From a virus: a DNA stretch of 45,911 nt. The stretch lies in the IMG/VR virus record IMGVR_UViG_3300045988_128092, one strand, 5' to 3'. Below the pieces are notes generated by a model. The model saw only the letters and a list, made by a program, of their open reading frames with translations, was not told the DNA's origin and made no database searches. The position numbers and the translations under genes are program-made. Below, one piece after another: positions 1-7,437 of the stretch. Numbering within the stretch: position 1 is the first letter of the stretch; each line of letters opens with the position of its first letter.

Positions 1-22
1 TCTACGACAACTTCGGCTCGTA
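1..22. repeat. Left copy of 22-bp terminal direct repeat (putative att core, attL)
   Basis: TCTACGACAACTTCGGCTCGTA is identical to 45890-45911. Confidence 0.8.
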
Positions 23-66
23 AATCAATGCAGCAAACTCACGACAAATACTAATTAACAAATGAC

Positions 67-104
67 AAGTAAAGCCCCTGTTTTATGGGGCTTTACTTAT
101 TTTT
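67..104 (+). terminator. Rho-independent terminator between att core and int
   Basis: Perfect 12-bp stem (67-78 pairs with 87-98), 8-nt loop, then ATTTTTG. Confidence 0.7.
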
Positions 105-143
105 GACAATGTGATTTTTAGTGTATTCTCTATCGTCATATTG

Positions 144-179
144 TTGTTACTTGTCGTCAATTTGTTACTCGTTTGTTAC
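144..179 (+). promoter_or_regulatory. Putative integrase arm-type binding sites (3 x TTGTTAC)
   Basis: TTGTTAC at 144-150, 162-168 and 173-179. The 19-mer at 161-179 is identical to 45816-45834. Confidence 0.5.
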
Positions 180-223
180 TCTAAATTCAAATTATTACTA
201 TCTTCGCGGTAAACTCATTACCC

Positions 224-1348
224 ATGACTACTGCAAAGATTAAAGAGCCAGTCAAATTAAGACGCAAACTATTAAAGAATGGGAATATTTCTTTATATCT
301 TGACATTTACCAGTCTGGCCATCGTGTTTATGATTTTTTACATTTATATCTTATCCCAGAACACTCGAATGCTGATAGGATAAAAAATAAAGAGGCGCTT
401 AGCTTGGCGAATGCTATAAAATCTGAAAAAATCGTTGAAATGCAGAATCGCTCTCATGGTTTTTCTAATTCAAAGGCGCAGGTTAAGTTACGTTTTATTG
501 ATTATCTGCAATCCGAATCGGCACGATACCTGGAAAAGGGAGGGAGGATGTATGCTCAGAGCATCAAGAATTCAATAAATTATCTGGTGGCATACTCTGG
601 CAACAAAATTACATTCAAACAGGTTGACAAGCAATATTTGCAGGGATATATTGAATACCTTAACAAAGTTCGAGGGCGTGGAGGAAAGTTATTAACTGGC
701 GCAACCAAGGCGCTGTATTTTCAAGTATTATCTACAGCTTTGAATAGGGCTGTTAAAGAGGGGATTATCGAAAAAAATCCTGCTGATTTCATATCAACAG
801 AAGATCGCCCAGAAGCCGAAAATAAACCCCGTACGTTTCTTGTGATGGAGGAAATCAAAAAGTTGATTAACACGCCCTGCGAATATGATATGGTTAAAAG
901 GGCATTCCTATTCAGTTGCTTTTGTGGGTTGCGCTTGTCGGACATTCAGAAATTAAGATGGGAAGATATTGAATGGATAGATGACGATAAAAGGCAAGTG
1001 CGCGTAATACAGCAAAAAACAGGCGCGCCAATTTGGGTGCCCCTTTCTGCAAATGCCTTAAATCAGTTGCCTCAAACAGAATGTGAGACCGGGATTATAT
1101 TTTCTCTCCCAATGGTATGGGTGATTGAGAAATATTTAGATAAATGGGCTAAAAAAGCGGGCATAAAAAAACATGTGACTTATCATGTATCTCGTCACAC
1201 TTTTGCAACATTGCTAATAACTTATAAGACAGATATATACACTGTATCTAAGTTGCTCGGTCATACTAATATCCAAACAACTCAGATATACGCAAAAATC
1301 ATTGACGAAAAGAAGCGTGAAGCCGTTGATTTAATCCCGGAAATATAA
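224..1348 (+). CDS. int: Tyrosine site-specific integrase (Bacteroidota phage-integrase type)
   Basis: 374 aa. C-terminal catalytic signature HVSRHTFATLL...LLGHTNIQTTQIYAKI and GLRLSDI box. Terminal position next to the att repeat. Confidence 0.9.
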   Translation: MTTAKIKEPVKLRRKLLKNGNISLYLDIYQSGHRVYDFLHLYLIPEHSNADRIKNKEALSLANAIKSEKIVEMQNRSHGFSNSKAQVKLRFIDYLQSESARYLEKGGRMYAQSIKNSINYLVAYSGNKITFKQVDKQYLQGYIEYLNKVRGRGGKLLTGATKALYFQVLSTALNRAVKEGIIEKNPADFISTEDRPEAENKPRTFLVMEEIKKLINTPCEYDMVKRAFLFSCFCGLRLSDIQKLRWEDIEWIDDDKRQVRVIQQKTGAPIWVPLSANALNQLPQTECETGIIFSLPMVWVIEKYLDKWAKKAGIKKHVTYHVSRHTFATLLITYKTDIYTVSKLLGHTNIQTTQIYAKIIDEKKREAVDLIPEI

Positions 1349-1439
1349 CTACATCGTATTCATCAATTCGCATACGACGGCAGCGAATATGGGTGCGCAG
1401 CATTCGCTCACTTCGAGCATCGCCATCCAGTATTGGGTG

Positions 1440-1859
1440 TCATCTTTTTCCATGTCCATTACATTTACAACAGGTGAATTGGTGCACATCTTCCCATAGC
1501 GCCTGGTTTATTTCGCCGGTAAGGTATGCTACCTCTTCCCCGGCCATCGGCAGGCCGAGAGTAAGGGCTATATCGTCCACGAGGTGCCGCAGTTCGTGCT
1601 CAAAGCTGTTGAGAAATTCCCACGGCGAGGAGTGCATCCCTATTACGATGACACTTTGCCGATGCTCCTTGTTGGAGTAGGTGAATCCCGTATCCATTTC
1701 ACACTTCACCATATTCCCCTGTACGCGATGAAGAACCGTATCGGGGCATCCGATATCGGTAAGGGACTTGAGTGTTTCGCCCGTATAGTAGCACGTCACG
1801 GCATAATATATGCGCAACGTCCAACCATACTTGTGAATACTCAAGTCCCGAATCTTCAT
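1440..1859 (-). CDS. HExxH zinc-metallopeptidase-like protein (possible ImmA/IrrE-like)
   Basis: 139 aa with SFEHELRHLVDD followed by GEE. Start coupled by ATGA to the upstream small ORF. Confidence 0.55.
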   Translation of the reverse strand: MKIRDLSIHKYGWTLRIYYAVTCYYTGETLKSLTDIGCPDTVLHRVQGNMVKCEMDTGFTYSNKEHRQSVIVIGMHSSPWEFLNSFEHELRHLVDDIALTLGLPMAGEEVAYLTGEINQALWEDVHQFTCCKCNGHGKR

Positions 1860-2017
1860 TTTTCCTCCCTTTTTCCGTACTTGCGCCAGTTTCGCGCCAG
1901 CCTTCTGCGTTGTGCCCGGTTGAAGCGCTTGTTCTCGAATACGTCGTTCACCGCCCCGGCCAGTTCCTGGTACTTGTCGGCAGGCAGGTTACGGACGAGC
2001 GTTGCGATATTTTTCAT
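1856..2017 (-). CDS. Small basic protein (53 aa), hypothetical
   Basis: Hand-translated MKNIATLVRNLPADKYQELAGAVNDVFENKRFNRAQRRRLARNWRKYGKREEK. ATGA overlap with 1440-1859. Confidence 0.4.
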   Translation of the reverse strand: MKNIATLVRNLPADKYQELAGAVNDVFENKRFNRAQRRRLARNWRKYGKREEK

Positions 2018-2071
2018 CGATTTCGTCGTTGTCGTTTGTGAATTCGCTGATCTGGGGGTATTCTTCCATGG

Positions 2072-2503
2072 CTACATCATCTCTTCCCACAGGATGGGTG
2101 TTCCCGAGCCGATGGTATCGGCATAGTAACGTGTAAATGGCAAGCCGTCGTAGCCGTCCTCGTCATTGATATAGTCACGTATGAACATCGCCAGGTATTG
2201 TGGATTGGGTATCGACGACCCGAAATAGTCCGCCAATGCCATGTTGCAGACGTACACGCAGTCATAGCCCTTGTCCTTTTTGAGTTCGATGCCGTACTGT
2301 TTGAGCAGCGCATCCACCTTATCCTTAGAATAGGGCTCGATCTTCTTGCCATTCCTGTCCTTCATGCGGGAAACGGCGAATTCGCACATCTTCTTTGAAA
2401 AGTGCCAACCGTAATTTTCGAGATATTCCCGGAACCCTGCCGGGAAGTTTTCATGTGTATCTAACCTGTCCATATTTTTCGATTTAAAAATAGGAGAGGG
2501 CAC
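2072..2503 (-). CDS. Hypothetical protein (143 aa)
   Basis: Long ORF co-oriented with its neighbours. Alternative start at MDRLDT (2473). No motif recognised. Confidence 0.6.
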   Translation of the reverse strand: MPSPIFKSKNMDRLDTHENFPAGFREYLENYGWHFSKKMCEFAVSRMKDRNGKKIEPYSKDKVDALLKQYGIELKKDKGYDCVYVCNMALADYFGSSIPNPQYLAMFIRDYINDEDGYDGLPFTRYYADTIGSGTPILWEEMM

Positions 2504-2523
2504 TGCGGCCCCCTCCCTCCGGT

Positions 2524-2799
2524 TTACCGCCTGCGAGACCGCGAATAGGGGCCTGTACCCCTTACGCCACGGCGCTCTCCGTATCCGCCGTCTCCGCCGT
2601 ATCGTTCACCATAGCCACCGCCATAGCTGCCTCCGGAATATCCTCCGCGTTCGCCATAGCCTCCCATTTCCTCGCCCATCTCTTCCATGGCTTTCTGGTA
2701 TCCCCTCTCGCATCCTTTGCGATAGGCCCGTTCTACTTCATCTTGTTCGAAGTCGTCTTCCATGAAGCGGCGACCTCTTTCCATTTCGTTCCAACCCAT
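2524..2799 (-). CDS. Gly/Tyr/Arg-rich low-complexity protein (91 aa)
   Basis: Start taken at MGWNEMERG (2799), 4 nt after the stop of the upstream gene. C-terminus is GGYGERGGYSGGSYGGGYGERYGGDGGYGERRG...RSRRR. Confidence 0.55.
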   Translation of the reverse strand: MGWNEMERGRRFMEDDFEQDEVERAYRKGCERGYQKAMEEMGEEMGGYGERGGYSGGSYGGGYGERYGGDGGYGERRGVRGTGPYSRSRRR

Positions 2800-2803
2800 A
2801 ATT

Positions 2804-3322
2804 TTATTCTTTTTTCTTGTTTGTTGTTGCTTGAAGGAGTTGTTGAATCTGGCGCACGGAATCCGCCACCCCGGAAATAGCCTCCTCGATTTTGTCGATT
2901 CGTTCATTCTGGGCTTTGGATTCCGCAAACGCCGGGTTCAACTCCTTGATGATGCTCTCGCACTTAGTTACGACTTCCTTGTGCCGGTCTACACTTGCGA
3001 TGATGTCAGAGCTCGTTTTGTGCATTGCCCGCACTTCGTTAAGTATTGGGTCTTGACTGCATGCGAGCGTCAATGTCGCCATAGATGCGACATTGGCATT
3101 CTCCGGGACGACAAATGTATTTGTTTGTCCGTCGCATTCAACGGTCAAATCAATTACCCGTTCAGCGAACATTGCCGGATTCGGGAGTTGTCCCGGAGAC
3201 ACCTGTCGCGTATCTACGCGAGGTGCAGACACACTTATTACACTTCCTACTTTATAGGTAGGTGTTTTTTGGCTTTTATCAAGTATGGATACCTGGAAGC
3301 CATTTTTTAAGTCTTTGAACAT
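2804..3322 (-). CDS. Hypothetical protein (172 aa), C-terminal coiled coil
   Basis: ORF track. Same strand as and closely packed with its neighbours. Confidence 0.6.
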   Translation of the reverse strand: MFKDLKNGFQVSILDKSQKTPTYKVGSVISVSAPRVDTRQVSPGQLPNPAMFAERVIDLTVECDGQTNTFVVPENANVASMATLTLACSQDPILNEVRAMHKTSSDIIASVDRHKEVVTKCESIIKELNPAFAESKAQNERIDKIEEAISGVADSVRQIQQLLQATTNKKKE

Positions 3323-3340
3323 CTTCTTAGCTTTTTATTG

Positions 3341-3856
3341 TTATTTACTCTTTGCGGCCGATGTCGCATTGTCTGCCGTCGCTGCGGCTGTCGTCTGTGC
3401 CGTATATTCAAGCAGTCGGAAAACCCCGGTTCGCTTGTTGATATACGCCAGTCTTTCCGTACTTGCCGTCAGGTCGGCACCTGTTACCTGTGCACCCTGC
3501 GAATCGACTAATGCCGCCTTCTGAATTGCATTCGTTCCGCTGGTGCTGCGTACTCCGCCTCCGGAATTCACGTTGACCGGCGCCGCATCGCTACCTTCGG
3601 GCAAATTGGTATAAACCTTGAGCAGGACTACGCTTTCGCATGGGAGTGCGTTGTATTGGCACTGGCTGAGTCCTAAGTCAAGCGTGGGGGTAGCAGCGGT
3701 AGACAGCGTAGCGTCCGTAACATTGAGCTCGTATATGCCTCCTATGTCAATGCGGCGGAGAGCCTGTTGCGGAACAATCGGAATTGGCGGCATCCACCAA
3801 TAGGGCATAAAAGGATTTCCAAACATATCGTCCTCCTTTCCTATTAGCATGCGCAC
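3341..3856 (-). CDS. Hypothetical protein (about 161-171 aa), Ala/Thr-rich tail
   Basis: ORF track. Start is ambiguous (3856, 3850 or 3826). Begins MFGNPFMPYWWMPPIPIVP if 3826 is used. Confidence 0.55.
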   Translation of the reverse strand: MRMLIGKEDDMFGNPFMPYWWMPPIPIVPQQALRRIDIGGIYELNVTDATLSTAATPTLDLGLSQCQYNALPCESVVLLKVYTNLPEGSDAAPVNVNSGGGVRSTSGTNAIQKAALVDSQGAQVTGADLTASTERLAYINKRTGVFRLLEYTAQTTAAATADNATSAAKSK

Positions 3857-4788
3857 GCGGCACTTGCTGCGAACGGATTCACGTTAACGCCGTAATTGAC
3901 GGGTACATAACTGCCTGCCGCCGGGACGTAAGGCATCGGGAACGTAGGCGGTTGACGACATTCGATAGCCGCAAGCCGAGTGCTCAAATCGCCGAGTGCT
4001 GCGTTAACCGGTGCGATGCTCTGAGCCTGGAACGCCTGGATAGCTGCGGTTTGATGCTCGTTGGAGAGTTGGGACTGCAGCGCGCTCTTCGCCTCACGCA
4101 GGGCGTCGATCTTGTCGTATAATGCCTGCGTCTGCATGGCATCGAGTTTCCCGAGGATCGCGTTGGTGTTCGCGGTTGCACCGTCTCGCAATGAAAGTGC
4201 GTTCTGGTTCATCGTCGTTGTCAACGAATTCGTCTGGTTGCAGATCGAGAGCTGGTTTTCGTATCCCATCCGTGTAATGTTGCCGTTGATTTCGCAGCAG
4301 CAGTTGCACAATTGGTTGGTGATGCTCATATTGCCAGCCTGAATAGCGTTGATGATCTGCTGGGCGCTCATCCCCTGCTGTCCTGCCAGTGTGCTTATCT
4401 GGGTCGCCAGGGCATTGATACCCGCCGTTACCTGGCCTATTGAGCAGTTGAGCGTTGATGCCAATTGCGATACATCCAGGCCGTTGCGTTGAATTGCGGA
4501 CATGATAAGCTCACGGGATGAATCGTTTGCTAACATGTTGAGCGGGAGGCCTCCGTTGTTGCCGCCTCCAAAGCCGCCGCCCCATCCGTTGCCGTTGAAA
4601 GCTCCCATGAGGATAAAGAGGAGCAGTATGCCGAATAGATCGCCGTCGCCGCCGAACCCACCATTCCGATTACCCATCATGGCCATTACGCTTGCGGGAT
4701 CGAGCCCGCGATTTTGCAGGGCGGAAGCGAGCAGCGCGGAAGTATCCGTACCACCGTTACCCGCCAAATAGATTTTCTGAGATTCCAT
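3844..4788 (-). CDS. Gly-rich membrane-anchored, Q/N-rich coiled-coil, Cys-cluster protein (314 aa)
   Basis: GGFGGDGD-LFGILLLFILMGAF-NGNGWGGGFGGGNNGG, then Q/N/A-rich heptad-like sequence, a CNCCCE cluster, and C-terminal AACAC. Confidence 0.6.
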   Translation of the reverse strand: MESQKIYLAGNGGTDTSALLASALQNRGLDPASVMAMMGNRNGGFGGDGDLFGILLLFILMGAFNGNGWGGGFGGGNNGGLPLNMLANDSSRELIMSAIQRNGLDVSQLASTLNCSIGQVTAGINALATQISTLAGQQGMSAQQIINAIQAGNMSITNQLCNCCCEINGNITRMGYENQLSICNQTNSLTTTMNQNALSLRDGATANTNAILGKLDAMQTQALYDKIDALREAKSALQSQLSNEHQTAAIQAFQAQSIAPVNAALGDLSTRLAAIECRQPPTFPMPYVPAAGSYVPVNYGVNVNPFAASAACAC

Positions 4789-4876
4789 AAATTTGTACCG
4801 TTAAAAGTTGGGCCCGTTATAGGTGGGCCAATGACCTGTTCGAACGATACAAAAGTGGCTGCGGGCGGTGGTTATA

Positions 4877-5188
4877 TCAATTCATTGGGGCGCAGATGGG
4901 AGGCAGCTTTTTCGCAATAAGTTCGCACTGCATTTCGAATATGGGGTGGCTGTATTGCCTGCGTTCATCGAACCCGGAGACCATCTTCTCTATGGCCCGG
5001 CGGGAGAAGCGCATCATCCGGGCGATGTCGGTGATGTACATGCCGTTTTTATGGCAGAAGTGCACGAGCATGTAACGCGCATCGACTACATCTTGAAATT
5101 TATCCTTCGAAAGGATTTGTTCTTTGGCTATTTCAGTTTCAAATGCAACACATTCGAGTATTTGTGCAAAAAGCTCCGATTTACGCAT
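4877..5188 (-). CDS. DnaA domain-IV-like helix-turn-helix protein
   Basis: SKDKFQDVVDARYMLVHFCHKNGMYITDIARMMRFSRRAIEKMV resembles the DnaA C-terminal DNA-binding domain pattern. Confidence 0.55.
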   Translation of the reverse strand: MRKSELFAQILECVAFETEIAKEQILSKDKFQDVVDARYMLVHFCHKNGMYITDIARMMRFSRRAIEKMVSGFDERRQYSHPIFEMQCELIAKKLPPICAPMN

Positions 5189-5220
5189 ATGCTTTCCCGA
5201 TTTTTTATTATAAATTTGTT

Positions 5221-5302
5221 ATACCACTATACAAAAAGCCAACACACCGATTCAAGGAATAAGTCCTCAATGTGGTGCGTTGGCACAATCGTATAGTGGT
5301 AT
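5221..5302. repeat. Nested inverted repeat (long hairpin or operator) upstream of the DnaA-like HTH gene
   Basis: Outer arms 5221-5232 (ATACCACTATAC) and 5291-5302 (GTATAGTGGTAT). Inner arms 5238-5248 and 5274-5284, with one position that becomes G-U in the minus-strand RNA. Confidence 0.7.
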
Positions 5303-5394
5303 ATGCGGGAAAGCGTTGGGGACTTTTTTATGCCCGTACCCCAAGGCCCGTTATTCGGTTACAACCGATGGGAAGTCATCCCAGTATATGTAAA

Positions 5395-5715
5395 TCATCT
5401 CTTCCATTGCGCGTAGTGTTTTCGTATTTCAAGGTATTCAGGGTTATCTTCATGGGCATATGCTTCCTGTTCGAAAGTTATCCTTCGGTACTTGAAGCCG
5501 TGAAATACCCAATCCAATAGGTAGACGATGTAGAAGGGCACATATAACAGTTCTCTCATCTGTGCGGTGTGTATCGCTTCGTGGTTTTTATTTTTATCCG
5601 ACAACGGGCGGGCGGACTTGCGGGCAAATACGATCCCGAACAGATTGATAGCCTTGTATCCCTTGAAGGGGATGATGTCGTTATAAATTATCTTCATACC
5701 TGTCAGAATTGCCAT
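5395..5715 (-). CDS. Small HExxH protein, paralogue of 40204-40656
   Basis: IPFKGY...FARK...NHEAIHTAQ...FEQEAYAHEDNPEYL. The same motif order occurs in 40204-40656. Confidence 0.65.
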   Translation of the reverse strand: MAILTGMKIIYNDIIPFKGYKAINLFGIVFARKSARPLSDKNKNHEAIHTAQMRELLYVPFYIVYLLDWVFHGFKYRRITFEQEAYAHEDNPEYLEIRKHYAQWKR

Positions 5716-6209
5716 AAAATAACACCTACTCCTACGCCGACCGTAGGCTGGAACCCTTGCGGCGTGTACGCCGCCCCGATCCCGGCAGTCAGGGCGAAGC
5801 GGCTCCGCCGGGTGACTACCTGCTGTCGGGTGGTAGTGCAGTTGTATGTTTCTATCCAGTCGAGCGTCGGCCGCAGGTTGCCGATCCGGGGCCCGCTGAC
5901 CTGTGCCCGGTAGGTGCTGTCCGAGTAGGGGCGTGTTTCCATTGCCACCTTCATCTGCACGCTGTCTGCCCCGACTTTCACAACGACGGTCTCCGTTACC
6001 GTGTCGGGCGGCGCGAAGAGCAGCACCGGCACCGAGATGTCGGCGAAGCGGTACGTGCCGGGCAGCGGTTCCGGTCTCGGGTAGAACACCGTGTCGATAC
6101 GCGTCGTTTCTTCGACAACCACCGACGCGGCGCCCCGGCGGTATCCCCAGCCGAAGAGCAGCGCCCCGGCCGCAAGGGCGGCGAGCAGGTAGAGGATCAA
6201 GCGTTTCAT
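5703..6209 (-). CDS. Lysis-cassette membrane/secreted protein (spanin-like candidate)
   Basis: Start at MKRLILYLLAALAAGALLF (6209), ATGA-coupled to the endolysin stop. N-terminal signal/TM segment. Confidence 0.5.
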   Translation of the reverse strand: MKRLILYLLAALAAGALLFGWGYRRGAASVVVEETTRIDTVFYPRPEPLPGTYRFADISVPVLLFAPPDTVTETVVVKVGADSVQMKVAMETRPYSDSTYRAQVSGPRIGNLRPTLDWIETYNCTTTRQQVVTRRSRFALTAGIGAAYTPQGFQPTVGVGVGVILWQF

Positions 6210-6616
6210 GCCTTTACGAACAAATCCCACCCGGCCTGTACGTCGAGCATCTTGGCCTCGACGCCGTTCTCTACGAACGACATCGCAGCTACGATGGGAA
6301 CCATCACGTCGCGGTTGGTCGTGGTGATCCGACTGTCGGCGGGCACCCCCGATCTTTCCGCCACGGTGCGGACATAGGCGTCCGTGTGGTTCTCCTCCGA
6401 CGGGGCCCAGCGGCCGATCATCTTGCGGATCGTGTCCAGCCCGTAGTTACGCTGGTAGTTGTTCAACAGCTTGAAGGCAGCCCGATAGCCGTATGCCACC
6501 GTCGTAAATTGCGCGAAACGCTTGTCTTTCGACGGTACGACCTCGCCCTGCCAGGGATTGCCGCCCCGTGTCTTCTCGATGTTGAGCGGGTTGTTGTTTC
6601 TGAGCCCTCGTGTCAT
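6206..6616 (-). CDS. Putative peptidoglycan hydrolase / endolysin (P5-like)
   Basis: N-terminal RNNNPLNIEK...NPWQGE motif. Lies between holin-like genes and a signal-peptide protein. Confidence 0.55.
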   Translation of the reverse strand: MTRGLRNNNPLNIEKTRGGNPWQGEVVPSKDKRFAQFTTVAYGYRAAFKLLNNYQRNYGLDTIRKMIGRWAPSEENHTDAYVRTVAERSGVPADSRITTTNRDVMVPIVAAMSFVENGVEAKMLDVQAGWDLFVKA

Positions 6617-6762
6617 TGCGCGATGTGTTTAGTGTACAGGATATGCCCGACCCATCCGGCCATAGCACAAACAACCCCCACGAGGATGTAACGCGGGAAT
6701 ACGATTCCGAGCACTACGGCCACGGCCGCAACGATGCTCCATACGATCCATTTCTTTTTCAT
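6613..6762 (-). CDS. 49-aa two-TM protein (holin partner or antiholin candidate)
   Basis: Hand-translated MKKKWIVWSIVAAVAVVLGIVFPRYILVGVVCAMAGWVGHILYTKHIAQ. ATGA overlaps at both ends. Confidence 0.5.
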   Translation of the reverse strand: MKKKWIVWSIVAAVAVVLGIVFPRYILVGVVCAMAGWVGHILYTKHIAQ

Positions 6763-7238
6763 TTGTCCTTTTGTTTTTGTTTGTAGTTTTCCAAATAGGG
6801 AATCTTCTTAATCATCTCGAACGAGAGCACATAGTACAGGAAGTCGATGTATCGGTTCTTCGGGAATATGCGGTTCAGGTTCTTGAGGATGTTGACCCCG
6901 TAGAAATATATCAGGGCATATACTGCGAGCGAGATCGCCGACATCGCCCCGTCGTGGTTGTCGATGTTGTCCCCGACGAGCAGTATCATAGCCATCAGTC
7001 CCGATATTACCGCAGCCTCGGATATGCACTTGAAAGCCTTGCGGAATATGAATCCTTCGTGCTGTACGAGCACGCCGGCGAACAGGCCCGTGAAAAAGTT
7101 TGCGGCGAATATAATCATGCAGGCCGTCAGTATGTCGTGTATCGGGGCTATGGCGTTGAACATGTACACCAGGGCACCGATCAACACCTGCCATACTTTT
7201 TCGCAGAGCCTTTCTATAAATCTCCACAATGCTTCCAT
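6759..7238 (-). CDS. Holin-like multi-pass membrane protein
   Basis: 159 aa with about 4 hydrophobic helices, directly upstream of the endolysin. Confidence 0.65.
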   Translation of the reverse strand: MEALWRFIERLCEKVWQVLIGALVYMFNAIAPIHDILTACMIIFAANFFTGLFAGVLVQHEGFIFRKAFKCISEAAVISGLMAMILLVGDNIDNHDGAMSAISLAVYALIYFYGVNILKNLNRIFPKNRYIDFLYYVLSFEMIKKIPYLENYKQKQKDK

Positions 7239-7248
7239 AGGGTGTATT

Positions 7249-7437
7249 CTATTGTTCGGGCAACACGTTTGTCTGCGCCTGGGGCGCCGCTTCCGACTTC
7301 TCCAATTCTGCGATCCTCTGTTCGAGCCGTTGCAGCACCGCGGCTAAAGTTTCTCCTTCGGAAACAAGCACGGCTTCGGCTACGGTTACGGGATAGAACG
7401 GCTCGCCGTTGGGCTTGTTGGTCATATACATCTTCAT
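7249..7437 (-). CDS. Hypothetical small protein (62 aa)
   Basis: ORF track. Overlaps the upstream gene by 4 nt. Confidence 0.5.
   Translation of the reverse strand: MKMYMTNKPNGEPFYPVTVAEAVLVSEGETLAAVLQRLEQRIAELEKSEAAPQAQTNVLPEQ

Noticed and set aside
3327-3340. Third partial copy (ATTGTTATTTA) of the late 17-mer motif
   Set aside because: Only 11 AT-rich nucleotides match, and they are in the opposite orientation to the surrounding minus-strand genes. This is probably chance.
5757-6691. Long plus-strand ORFs (5757-6377, 5903-6691) with Arg/Pro/Ala-rich translations
   Set aside because: These are antisense shadows of the GC-rich lysis genes. Their composition is low-complexity and they overlap well-supported minus-strand genes.
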